NCBI GenBank assembly: GCA_000165425.1
Contig: CT868678.1
Coordinates: 1-64,000, forward strand
Direction of reading: 5' to 3'
Length of the DNA: 64,000 nucleotides
DNA from: Paramecium tetraurelia
Taxonomy: Eukaryota
Shown: piece after piece, positions 12,971-26,621 of the stretch
Position numbering within the stretch: position 1 is the first letter of the stretch
Layout: every line of letters starts with the position of its first letter
Translations under genes and position numbers: made by a program
The notes under the pieces: generated by a model
Databases searched by the model: none
Told to the model about the DNA's origin: nothing
The model's input: the letters and a program-made list of their open reading frames with translations, nothing else

Positions 12971-15900
12971 TCATTCTTCAATCTATTATTGTAACAACTA
13001 TGTCTTTAATTACTATGCAAGATCCTCTATCTTTTGTTATAATAATTCAATCTATTTAGTACGATCATCTTCATCTTCAGATCTAATTGGAAACCAATTC
13101 ACACTTTCAGATTGCACCTTATCCATGATCCAATACTCTAGTCCAGTGTATTCCGTTGAATCCTTATTTTACAGACAATAAATATAGAAAACATAATTCC
13201 ATAAGAAATGCTTGCTCTTTATGTGCTCTTCAAAGTCTTCTTGTTGTTTTTCAAGTGTTTGCCTATCAATACCACAAATAAAACATTTGTTCTTTTTATC
13301 ATCCTCGATTTGGTTTCTTTGATCTCTCAATTATGCAAAAGTATCAGTCATTATACCTGAGATGATATTGGTAAATAATAGTGCAAAGAACACGAAGTAA
13401 ACTGTATCATAGATGAATTTCAAGGGATCCCATTGTGCCATTGAACTACCAATCACTCCCGAAGTCATCAAAGTGATCATACAACTTATTAGACTGTGAC
13501 AAGGGTCATCCACTTATTCAGGATATATGTCATCCACATAATTATTGAATCCCACTATACTGAATACAAATTAGAACAACACTCCTAACAAAGCTACTAA
13601 AGATAGCTATTTTGCATTGTGGGATATTGCTTAAAATACGCTTTGCAATAATGATAATTATCCAAATAAATAGAATAAATGCAATGAAAAATAATACGTA
13701 TTTGAAATTAATCCAATAAATGCAATTGCAGTAAATGATATGTGAGACATAAAATCTTCACTTTTGAACACAATTATTAAATTAGATATCTTAGATATTA
13801 CATAGGTGTGAATCTTAGTCAAAGAGAATTACTCTTATTTGAGTTTCTTGAATTCCAATGAAGCCCTGCTTATTACATAAAATGTACATGCACATAAACT
13901 GAAGCCAAATTACAGTATGGATAAAATAAATAATGTTACTTCTTCATAGTCATCTGTTACTAGTGTTGATTGCTTATCTTTTATCATAACTGCATATGCA
14001 AATATCATAAAAATGTTAATGATTAATGACAATAATTATGAAATATTTATTAAGAGTTGAATTGTTTTATGTGTTATTGGTAAAATCCAATTCTATAAAC
14101 TAAAATTATAACTGATTTCACTGAAAATCATCTCCATTTCCTCAAGTAAAGATATCAATTTTTTTCTCTGTGTGTCTCTTGGTATTTTGAACATTATTTT
14201 ATCTCTGGTTTCATCGCTTAAAAATTGAAAAACTGGATGAGCAGGGAAGAATACCATTTGATATTCATTCTCATAGAAAATTTCAATTTTCCTTAAGTTA
14301 TTCAAACACATAGTCTAAATATCTTTTAAAGTTGGATTACTCTCAAATTCCTACTTAAAATGCTTCACCCACTTTTAATCCTTACTGACATACTCTATTT
14401 TCTCCTTAATTATGAACACATTCAACATTTATTGTATCTCATCAGAGAATCTAGCTTCCTTCTTAAAATCAAATATTTTCTCAATGCCAACCTTCTAAAC
14501 AATTAATTTTATGAAATTAACCAAAAATCTACAGTCCAGTTTCTATTATAATTCCTCATAGTTTTTTTGATTATTCCCTTCTAACACCAACATAATTGAT
14601 TGAATAATCTTTGCTTACAGTTCAAATAACTCATCCTGTTCTTCTGGAGTGTGGAGTTCCCTTTGAATTGATTGGCTTTCCTCTTTTTAAAATGTTTCAA
14701 ACGTAAAACATACATCTTCCATATATGTCGACTTACATAATGTGACTTAATTTAAAAAGCAAGGCAATTGAATGACTTCATTTATAAAATCCACTATTTG
14801 CTAAGTTATTGATACTACGTTCTTATTCAGTATCTTCAATAATATTCTTAATTCTTTAGTAGCAAACTCTATAAAGTTAATACTATTGATATGGACTGAA
14901 TCTTCCTTATCAGTTTATTCTCTTAGATAGTTTTTCATATGAACATTGTTGTTCTCACACATCAATTACAACATTCTAAATGCTCTCCACATCACTTTAA
15001 TTGATAATTATCTATTCTTTATAGTGTTTTAACTTTCAACGGCTGATGGTAGTGTTCGTTTCAGAGTTTCAGTCTTTTCACTAAACTATGTTAGATTATC
15101 CACATAAACAATAGAAAGAAATGGGTTTTATTTATCTTTCTAAAATTTAGACTTCTAAATCTTGAAATTAGTATTAACAAATTTGCTAAACTTAAGAATA
15201 GATTATTGCAGATTGCTCATCATCTAATTCGATGAATCTTATTTCAATAATTGAAGCAAAGAGTCTTAGCACTTGGAATTGCCTCCTAATAGAAATGCAT
15301 TTGAAAATATTAATAACTAATTGAATAATTCCCATCTATCATCAAAATTTTCCTTGAACATTTCATAAATCAATTGAGCTGCTCCACATCCAGCCAAAAA
15401 GCATTGTATTTCTTGAATCTATTATCTGGAATCGCTCCAAAATTCAGGTTCCCATTCATCTATTGCCAACTTGGCTTATTCATCTTGGCTGTTGATATTG
15501 GGATTCTTTTCGCTTATCATTCTAGTTAATATTTTCAAAAAGTAGCTTCTTAAATCATCATTCAATTTATGGGTGATATTCATCTAGATTAAGTTCTTTA
15601 AGAATTCTTCCAAAGTTATTGCTGGATCTTAAGTTTAATAGGCAACCAAAGAAAACTCATCGATTTTTGTGAATTCACTGCAAAGTTTATTAAACTCTTA
15701 TTCAATGAATCCTTAAAACTCCTCATTCTCATTGAATATTTTAATTAACTTCATCAACCTAATGTTCAATTCTACATTGTTGTCAGGTTCTTCTATTACT
15801 GAAAGTCTTTTTTTGGATTTCAAATGGAAGATCCTCTTTAGTGTTTGTTAAAGATTTGATTGAATCTTTTCATCTTATGTCAATTTAGTCTCAGTTACAA

Positions 15901-18900
15901 TTAATAATCTATTTATTATGCCATCCTGTTCATTCTATTCATTTTATTCGGTATCCTATTTCTCTTCTTATTTTAGTGTAGTTTGTGATTCAATTGCATT
16001 TTCATTGAATACCTTTTCTAATCTCAACAACACACTATTATCAAAGGTTCTAAACACTATTTTCATTATGTTTATCAGCACTTAACACAGATGAGTTATA
16101 TGACTTGATTTAAACCACATCTTCTAAATCTGAACCAAATGGCCTGCAATCTTGAACAACAATTAATGGATCTTAAGATTATCGATCTCTTTACTTAATT
16201 GACCTTCCAATTCCGATAAGAAATTATCATTTAAAAACAACAAGTTGATGGAGTATAATATCTCCTGCATACATGCAAAGATGTAGGAGAACATAAATTA
16301 AAACCTAACACCATCAACGATCTATACTTGCTTTATGTAATTGCACCCTTTCAACAATAGTATTTAATCTAATTAATGTCGAATTATCTATAATTAATTT
16401 GAATCTTACCTCTAAATCCTCCTAGATGCAAAGCTAACTGATCAATTCCATCTGACTATTATAATAAAGACGATTGATGTAGCTTCGTAAAAAGTGCTAT
16501 AATGGCCAGCAATTACTTTTATACGAATTTTTCATCAAAAACAACAAGGATTGAAAAGGGTGCATGACTCGACATTTCTCCTGATTAATGACATTACTAA
16601 ATATATGTCTAATAATTATACTGATCTTCAACTAATAAACTGAATATTTCAAAATGAATAATCATGTATTATAGTTGTGGTTGCATACGGATTAGCTTTG
16701 TCTCCTCTATCTTCTCATAATTAGCACTGTAATCGTCAATTAATTCATTAAAACTCTCAGCATCCCAAGCTTTCGACTTTTGCAAAGGCGTCTCTGGTTT
16801 ATTTACAGAATCAATTAAAAAATCAGACTGCAATTCATTGAGAACATAAATTAAATTCCTGTTTTATTTCTGCTGCAACAGAGCTAGAATCTATAATTGA
16901 TTAAATTTGATTGTCTTATTATGATCATACAAGAAAACTCTCAGTGAATCAAACAGCTTGACCCTGTACATACTATCTGGCTTTTCCTTATTCATTTATT
17001 GAATGATAGATCCAATAGCCACAGATACTTCATTTTCATTGTATAGCAATTCTTTATTGTTATGGTAGAGTTCTCTTACAAAATCAATGCAACAAGAATT
17101 GTATTGTAAATGACAATAGATTTATTTTAATGGCCATTTTATTTCAATCTTATTGGTTGCATGATTCCAAATAAAAAGAGTCAAGAATTTGTAACAAGAA
17201 TTCAATAGCCCATACAAATATGGATTTATTTCATCTGCTCCAGAAATGTAAGCTACTAATGTTTGATGCATATCCAATGCTTTAAATAGAGTTTAATTTG
17301 TTTTATCATTTTCTTCACACTCGTTAAAAGCCAAAGAAATTTAAACTACTTAACTTGGAAATCTATGCAATTTCAATGAAACACACAATTTATTAAGATC
17401 CTCAATAATCTCATCCACTTAAATGTTAGAAGTACTTTAGTTCTCTTTTGTTATAGTGTAAACATTCTTATCACTCAACTGTTCTAATCGTTATCTGATT
17501 TGAATGCATTTGCTAATCAATTCTTTGACATTCTTTTGACAATTTTTAGAGAGCAATACAATTTAAGAGAAGTGTTTGATTAATTCTCTTCTCTGACCAA
17601 GCATCCTATTAAATAATTATAAAGCTGTCTCGACCATCTTTGGTTCCTGCATCAAGGATATTTCAGCAAATACCAAAATCACATTATTATCGAAATTTTT
17701 GAATAAATTTCTATTATCTAATAAATCTTTAATGACTTATATCCATTAAGGAATGTTATAGGAATCTTACTCAGTTTTGTCTTTAGAACCACTCAAACTT
17801 TTAGCAAAGTCTTTAAAGACTGAACTATTGTTGTCTAATAATTATTATTGTTCTTCAGGAGGCTTATGTGAAAATCTATGCACAAGATCTACCATTCCAC
17901 TGATTAATCCCTTTTTAGGAAGTGTGTTGTTTACTGACTCGTTTGTATCATCACTCTCTCTCTTATTTCTGAAATATGCTACCATTTAATTGATCCTAAT
18001 GTCATTTTCTAAATCCAGAATATTTAAGATGATATTAGATGCTAGCATCTTACATTCCATTATTGGTTTATTCTCTGAAGATACTTTAGTCATTCTATAT
18101 TTTGCTTTTTTGATATTCTCCTCTCCCTTTTAATCCTCTAAGCTTTAGAAATCTTTTTGGCAAGAGCATATTCTCAACAAATCTTATAATAATTGCATAG
18201 TATCTATTTCTAAATTCATAGTCAATAATGTTTTTATTATCATTAATACTCTTTACAGAGTCTAATTGTATTTCTGATCATAAGTAAAATGTGTAAATTT
18301 AGTGATAAATTATTAGACGTACTTTATGATGTTGTTGAGATCACTCACATTTTATTAGGCCAACTGATTGTTTTATCCTCCAAAACTACTAACTTTTCTC
18401 ATGGATGTCCTTTTCTCTATTTAAATTAATTCATTCTCTTCCCAATCTATGACTTTGCTAATCACAAGGGATTGATATCCAGGAGTGTCTACAAAGGCCA
18501 AATGAATGACCTTTAAATATGATTCAAATGTATTTATAGATTGAGAATGATTATCTTCAACCAAGGCCAATAAAATAGAAATTGATATATTTTCTTTAAC
18601 AAAATCCTATGATAATTTATTTCTGTTATAACACACATCTCCTAATAGATTGAAATAGCCTTAAAAGTAATTCCATGTCTATAACCCATCCTATTCTTGA
18701 CTTTCTTAATATATCTAACGTATTCTTCTCCACATAGGTTTTAATTTGTTGATTCTGCAAAGCACTTCAACTTTGTTTTTGGTATTCAATCTAAATTTGA
18801 AATTCAATAACTCATTACTTTGGAATACCAACTTTAAAATTAAATTTTGATTTTTTAATATAGCTCTTCCTTTGCAAACACAAATACTACTCAAAATGGA

Positions 18901-20823
18901 TAAATATTTTTCATTAGGATTTTATTTCATTTTTTCAAATACTTTCTGAATGTGATCATCTGTGACAAACCTTTAAATAGATTCATAATTATCTTCTAAT
19001 AATTCTTTCAAACTATCCTAGGCTCTTGCTTCATCATCCATAGCCTATTCTAAAAAGTCTTTCAAATACTTTCCCATATCTTACTTCAATTATTTGTTAT
19101 TCTATGTTAACTCCTTGATCAATTGGTAGGTTAATTTGAATATTTTTTTCATCTTTTTTTATAAATTCTTAACATCAATACCATACAACTTCTTCTCATA
19201 TATGGGCACTAAGATTTTCATAGCCAAATCAATGATATACGTTTCTTTTATGCATTATTGTCGGTTGGCAACCTCAAACTGCAAGAATTGAATCAATTGT
19301 TATATCACTTCGACTACTTGAGACAATTATTAAACATGAAGCAATTTCCAAATAACATCAACTTGTTTATTCAAAATCAAAACAAATTAAAAGAGCACCT
19401 CTTAAGCTGACAAAACAAACATTAAGTTATTTTTAATGTTTCCTTTGACCTTTTTGATTTAAAAAGCATGTTAATGTTCTTTTTCCTCAAAAGCCAATTG
19501 TTTCTTTATCACAGTTGTCTCCAATTCCTCATCTTCTTTGATGCTATCATTCCATTAGTCCTCAATTTGAACATTTTATAATAATTCCTTATCTATTGAC
19601 ATTTGTATATAGGAATTCTCTACGATTTCCTACTAGCCTTATTTCGCAGCCAAGATTTCCACCACTTAGTTGGATTCCTATATGTATTCATGCAATTAAG
19701 GCAATTAATCCCTAGATGTGAGCACCTTACCTGAGATGTAGTTCCGAAGAATGAATTCTTACTATGGGATTTTCTTGTTGACTTATGATTATGCTTGTTA
19801 TTATTAATCAACAACACTTCTCTATCTTGGTGCCACTCTTGAAAAATCCTTCAAAATATCGCCGCTGTTTTAGAAAACTGAGCCTCTTGAGTATTCTTTA
19901 ATAAGCTGTGGTTATTGATTGCGCTTATAATCAGAGGTTGGTTATATCACTTACAATTCCCAAATGGCTGCCAATGGAATGTGTGTCCCGGCTTGTTACA
20001 ATGAGACAATCTATTATTCTCCATTCAAATACGTGCCATCTTCAGTGTATTATAGATAGATTAATTCATAATTCCTTATAGATTTCTTTTCGATCCTCTG
20101 ATCATTCCGCATAAATAACTTCATTTTCCAACTAGTCTTACTGTTATTGGTGATGATCACCTAATATCTTTGCACATCCTACAATCTCTTAATATAAGCC
20201 AAACAACTTTCATCATCCAACCATTATATGGGTTTTTCGATAAAATCCAAACAAAATTGTTGCTTGGTATTCACCAATAAGAAGGGTTCATCAAAATATA
20301 TTGGTTAACCATCCTTCTGATATGTTTGATATGCTTCTATTCTAAATAATGCCTAACTGGAGGGTTTACTGCTCAGACTGACTTGAAATGCTTCCATTGA
20401 CTATTCCGAACATTTGTAAGATCCGACTAAAAAGTATTCAGAGTCATAATGTTTCAATACTATTTCCTAACCAAACAGAACCTCTTCATCAATTTTGGTT
20501 TCCACAAAGGAGAAATATTGATTCAACTCTGTTTTCAATCGTTAATCCAGGAGATCCTGATTTGCTCTAATTTTGATAACTCTTGCATGCTTACTTTTTG
20601 TGAGACTTCATGAACTCATCATGAATTTCAAAACTCCCCTTGGGAAGCACTTAAAATAAAGACTCCCTAAAATTGCTTATCTTGGACAAATTTGTGTAAG
20701 TCATATAATAAACATTAGTCTGGGTGTATCTATCACAATTATGCGATAACCATACCCTTTCGTTACTATCATCCCAAAATCCCCCTGAATTCTTACAATT
20801 TACCCATATCGAAGATTATTCAT
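12971..20823 (-). CDS. IP3 receptor-like Ca2+ release channel (Paramecium CRC type, ~2583 aa)
   Basis: N-terminal LRYGQIV..NFRESLFQVLP..VLFGQEIVLKH. C-terminal NIISGIMTDTFAQLR..KNKCFICGIDR..FEEHIKSKHFLWNY..EYTGLE..WFP. Four introns (26, 28, 25, 22 nt) give a 7752-nt spliced length. I sampled the middle rather than reading every codon. Confidence 0.93.
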
Positions 20824-20990
20824 AATATTAAATTATAATATCACAGAAATATTTGAGTTTTTTTCTCAATTCAAGTGTTTTGGAATTCAAGAGAAGGATG
20901 TGTTAGTAGTTTAATTTATCGAATGTGGACCGACCGACATTTTGTAATGCTTTTACATTATATACATTAATTATAATTTTTAATTCAAAA

Positions 20991-22318
20991 ATGGATGAAG
21001 ATTAAGATGTATTTCTTGTTATTGTAATTCGTAGCATTTTGTAGAAGACGATGGAAGCGATGATGATAAATTTGAAGAGACATGGAAGAGACAATATGAA
21101 GTAAACGAGTTATTAAATACCTAATAATAGACACTTCCAAAAAAGTAGGATAAAAGACCTGAATCCAAACATGGAAGACCTGAAAGTTCCAAATTCACTT
21201 AGAAGAAGTATAGTTTGAATGACAACAACATACCGATTTCTGTTGCTTTACAAAAATTCAATTAGTTAGTTACATTTAACAATATTAAAATTGAACAATT
21301 TTGGAAGTCGGATTCAGTCAATGCCTCTCCAGAAGAGTTTGTATCATTTCTTGGTTAGGCAGGTTTCCATATCTCCTAATTTAATTAGGTTTCACTTTCA
21401 CACAAGAAGAAATCAATCAAGTTTTGAGTGATTTAGAAAATGAATTCGGAAAAATCACTATTGAAAATATCTGTAAAAAGGTTTAAGCTTGGAATTCGAA
21501 TGAAAGTACCTAATTTTTTAGATTAACCTAGACGCTATGCTTGAATTCATTAAAGAAAAAGCCTTGCACATGGCATAAGCAAGCAAAAGAAAATTCTCAG
21601 CTCAAAAGAAAAGCAAACCCTAATCTGCTTCTGCCACAAGGACTGCTCCCAAAGATTTCAGACCTATCAGTGGTATCTCATACAAGAGTAAACAATCAGG
21701 GTTTACTGAATTCAAAATGTAACTCATATTACCCAATATACAAGTGGTGAGGAGAGACCAGTCCAAAATCTCTCCAAGTACTATCTTTAAAAGGCCAAAG
21801 AGAGGGAAAAGGAGATGGATAGGTTACTTCAATTAACCATTTCGAAAGGGAAAAACGAATACGAATATGAGATGCTTATTAAAATGGGAGAGGCCAATGA
21901 GTTGTCATAATTGTTAGAGAGCAAAATAACCTATCGAGCATATAAATCAGCATAAGGCAATCTCAAGGTTCATATGTATGAACTGGATCGATTCAATAAA
22001 GACATGACATTAGAGGAGTTCTAAAGAGAGTACAATATGATAAAGAATAAATATAATGAGAGAAGAAATCTAAAGATTTGGGAAGTGCTGTCAGAAAATA
22101 AAAAGAGTTAAAAGAGCTTGTAGCATTTCGGCACTTAGAAGGACGAGATTCAATAGGATTCCTAGAATTAACATCAATCAAAGGTTATTAACAAAAAGGA
22201 AAGACAATCTGAATTAAAGAAGGTTCTTTTGGAAACGATGATGTTGACAAATGTTCTGAAGGAGTAGTTGTCTGTGCTCTAAAAGAAAGGTATTGTGATT
22301 TAATAACCCTCGATGTGA
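20991..22318 (+). CDS. Hypothetical protein with a degenerate EF-hand-like segment
   Basis: MDEDQD... five GT-AG introns of 26-30 nt restore one frame. Contains EEFVSFLGQAGFTFTQEEINQVLSDLENEFGKITIENI. Divergent from the IP3R gene (167-bp gap). Confidence 0.75.
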
Positions 22319-22351
22319 ATTAATATTAATATTATTATAATTTATATATAT

Positions 22352-23053
22352 ATGAAAAGTTTTCAAAAGGGTTATCTGGAGCTCAATTAGATATGGCTAA
22401 GCAGATAGTATTAATCTTCTTTAAATTAGAGAATATGAAGCACATTAAAAACGATTGTTAAAATAACGTAAGTTAACCCCTCCTCGAGATTCAAGGATAT
22501 ATGAATAAGTTAAGAAAACCCAATTTTTGAATAATAGAAAAAGGGAGCTCATGAAATGGCAAACGATTTAGGAATAAAATTCTTAGATTTTGGCCAGGTT
22601 GGTAAAAATTAGCAACCGATCTCCAACAGTAAATAACTATATTTATTTGTTATTTAGCCTCCAAGTTAGAGTGGAACTCCAAGAGGAAGAAGAGCTTTGA
22701 AAGAACAAAAGCTCAGAATAGAAAGTGAGAACAAACGATTACATAATAAATTAAATGGAATGTATGGTTTCTCATTTTAATGATAAAGTTAGTCAGATTT
22801 GAGGTAGGAGAAATTTCAGGAATCATTTATGAAACATAAGAAAATACAAAAAAATATGCAAAGATTTTACTTCGATCCCAATTTACATCAGATAAAGTTA
22901 CGAGTTGATGCATTCTTAGACAATGTGAGTTCGTAAAGAATACATGAACGGTCCAAAAGTCAATATTAGAATTCGAAATCCTCAAGATTTGATCATTCAC
23001 CCTTCATGAAATTTAGAACTGTAAGTTAATCTTTTTCTAAAGCTAGGGTGTGA
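22352..23053 (+). CDS. CFAP97/Hemingway (KIAA1430)-like protein
   Basis: YEAHQKRL..IQEQNSQILARLVKI..RIESENKRLHNKLNGIQS, with three short introns. Confidence 0.65.
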
Positions 23054-23304
23054 TGTTGTAAAAGTTCTGATATTACATTACTATTATAAATGAGAGTGAA
23101 AGTGTATTTTATATTTTATTAATTTCTTACATATTTTTAAGATTTTATGCTTGATTTTATTTGGAAATAACATAGATACCAATATTCTCAAAGTAGACAA
23201 AATTAATTTGCTTATGATTTGATTTATATCTTTAATATTAATAATAAATGATAGATTTTTTGATTAAATTAACGATTTTTAAATAAGATAAATTTTAATC
23301 TGCA

Positions 23305-26300
23305 TCAGTGCATAATGGCTTTTTACTTTATTTTCTCACTAATGACAAAGCTTATGGTATAGGGACTCTTCTTATTAAATTTTTAGATCCGATGTACCTT
23401 AACATTGTTGTATCTAATTTAGTTTTAAAGTTCTTACAAGCTGATGATAAATTCAGGATTTTAGTATGGGTAATAAAATAAATAATTTTAGGCTTTGTCT
23501 AATTCATCTTTATCATCCAAACAGAAAAAATGGCTCTAATTTATAGTTTCTTAATTACGGAATTATTTAAGTCTATGAAGTTTGCTGGGTTTTCTTCAAC
23601 CCTTATCTTATTTTATTATGGACTTTTATTTTTCTTGTTTATTGGTGGAGAAGATCTATCTGAAGGATTCAAATCGAAATCGTCTCCATTTTTTTAAATA
23701 CTAGGCAATCTTAAATTCTCATTTTTCTTGCTAATATCAATCTATTGACTATGAAGCTATGTTGAACTTAAGGATTTTCTGCCTTGTCTATAATTCTTAT
23801 TTTCCTGTGTATTTGGAATCATACAACTATTATTCTGCTATTGAAGTAAATTACAAGAATTAACTTTAATTGTATCTTGAACTTTATCCGTATCAGGAAT
23901 GTTTAACATGATATTATTTTACTTTTTATTTTCTGAACTGGATTTAAGCTAAACAAAACAAATTTCATTAGGTATGTTATCTTCAGAATGTGAACTTTAA
24001 TCTTCCCCATCAAGTTCTTAGATAACTTAATTTTTGATTTGAAAGGTGTTATTTTAAGGAAAGAGAGATTTGTCCTTCCTGTGAATCATGGAATCCAAAT
24101 CTTAAAATTGCTCCTTTATATCATCCAATTCACTTATTAGTAAGATGCTATTTTTATCAGATGACTTTATTATCTCCCTGCTAGGAAAGAATGCTTAAGA
24201 TTAATTTTGTTAAATATAGGTAGAGGACTATTGATTATAATTTTGAGTTAACTCTTTTAATATTTCTGATTGATCTCCTAAAAAGTTATTTTCCTAAAAC
24301 TCTTCACCAACCATTCCTATTTGGAATAGATATTATCTAGTATTGTTAGTTCTCTTCTTATTTCTTTTATCTAATGATAAATCAAGTATTATTACATCTA
24401 GTTCTTAATTGATGATGGTCAAACTAATATTTACTAATAATCTTCTCTTTATCAGGCTTATAATGAAGGGCATCGCATTAAAATATCAAATGTTCATTTG
24501 AATTACAGCAAAAACATTACAGTCCAATCAAGCCATATTAATTATTGTGTAGGATTTAGTCCTTCATATACGATGCTAGTTCCTAATTTAATTCTTAAAC
24601 TTACTAAATCTTAACGACTACTTTAAATAGCTTCTAAGAAATCACTCCTACGTATTTTATATGTTTCAACAGGACCTAGACTAACAATTGTACTTGTTCT
24701 AGGGAGTCCAGTGAAAAATGATACTTCCCCGAATGTTTACATTTCTCCTAATGTTTTAATCCCAACCTACTTTGTATTGTTACTCTAATAACACACCTTT
24801 ACCTACCCTCTTTTAATCAGATACATGGAATCATCATCATTACAATTTTGCCTCAAGATAATTTCATTGGGTTGAAAATACTGTAATTACATATTTTCTA
24901 CTAATTTTTCCTAGATATTTTATGAAAATTAGGTCAAGACTAATATTTTCTTAAAATATTTAACGTTAACAGTATTCCAAAGAGCTTTCTAAATTTCTTA
25001 ATCAATGTACTTTATTGACTTGGAATCAATCATGAAGTTCTATTACTAAAAATCCTTTTTCATCTCAAATTTGTAATTACTTAGAGCTTTTTTCATTAGA
25101 TTTTAGTCTACTTAATGATTTAGCAGGTATGCTTTAAAATCAAAGTAGTTTTTTTACAATAGATATTAATGGACATTCTAATTAAAAAAGAACAATATGT
25201 CTAAAATTAAACTTATTCTATTTATTGTAAAAATCAACTAGACCAATAATGCCAATAACAATTCAAAGTTTGTTTCATATTCTAAATTACTAGAAAATGA
25301 AAAATATTGGCTTATGTATGAATTCAAGTAGTTCAAGTAGGAATTAATTTGCAAGCCTAAGGGATCAAACTAAATTTGATATTTATTGGAAATCGAAATT
25401 AAAGAAAATACATGACAGTAAGACACTCCTTTAATAAATTGCAATCCCAACCTAACACAAAGCTGTTACGAGATCAAAGTATTTAATTTAATTAATCTTA
25501 CTATTAACAGATTCAATGTAATCAAAGCCAATACAGAAATTGTAAAATTCGATTCACAAAATTATAAAATAAAGATAAACGATAAATATTATAATAAATC
25601 TTGTAGTCCATATCTTCTAATATAGTTCTATTGTATTTTTCTTAAATGAGTTACTTCTACTCCGTTTTTGTAATAACAAGTATTCAAATTTAAAACTGAA
25701 TTTAAAACAGTTAGCGAAAACAGGATTATTAGTAAAGTTTAAATTTCAATATTGCTGGGATAAATTAGAATAAGTGGTGAAAATATAATAGTTGTTAGAT
25801 AAGTGATTTGCATCAACAGTTTCCAAAGTTGTCTAAATTTACACTGACTAGAAATAGGCACTGCAATATAGTATTTTAACCTTTGGAAAAAGTCTTTGCT
25901 GTTAGTATTTTCTTTGTGAATTGGATTTGAATAGGTTTATAACAGTGTATTGACATAAAGTTATTTTGTGAATAAATTATTACTAATTTTAATTTTCTCT
26001 ACAAATTTTTATATAATTTAAGCCATTCTTAACTTTTGCTTCCTTTTTTTCACTGATGGAGAAGTAATTCTGCTCCTTTCCTATATAATTATTATAATAT
26101 ACTGCCAAAATAATCATCTACTATGAATTTTATTATTTACTTCTATTTGAATAGGAATCAAAAACCTAATGTTCTTTAATATCAAGGTCAAATCCATTTA
26201 AATCATAAGTAATTGAATCTTTTGGCTGACAAGGATATTGCATATTAAATTAATTTGAGGGCATCTTTTAATGTGATTTCAAATTTGCATTGATGGGTGA

Positions 26301-26369
26301 GCGAGACTAAATTCTTGAAGTGCTTGAACTTTGCAAATTTCCATACTCTCGAAATGAAGATTAATTCAT
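23305..26369 (-). CDS. Cyclic-nucleotide-binding (EAG/KCNH-like) channel homologue with degenerate pore
   Basis: Multi-TM N-half, CNBD FQPNEII..SMYLIKRGQV..FGEVSFFTGLPRTST, a CFCC..H....C knuckle, and C-terminal LDKAQNYLFYYPYQN. Three introns of 22-23 nt. No TxGYG motif. Confidence 0.85.
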
Positions 26370-26621
26370 GTTAATTTAAATTTATTTAATATGAATTTGC
26401 AAACATCTTTGTTGAAATATTTAAATTAAAACTGTTTGTATTTGAGAAAAAAAGACATTTCCTTTGAATAAGTAAATCGTATAACAAACTCAAAGATTTC
26501 CATGGTTCCGATAGTATTTTACAATGACAAGTGAACAGCTATTAGAATAAATTGAAGATTCGGCAATTATAAATAATGAGGCATATATTTTAAATAAATT
26601 AAATTCTTAATACTTTATTAA

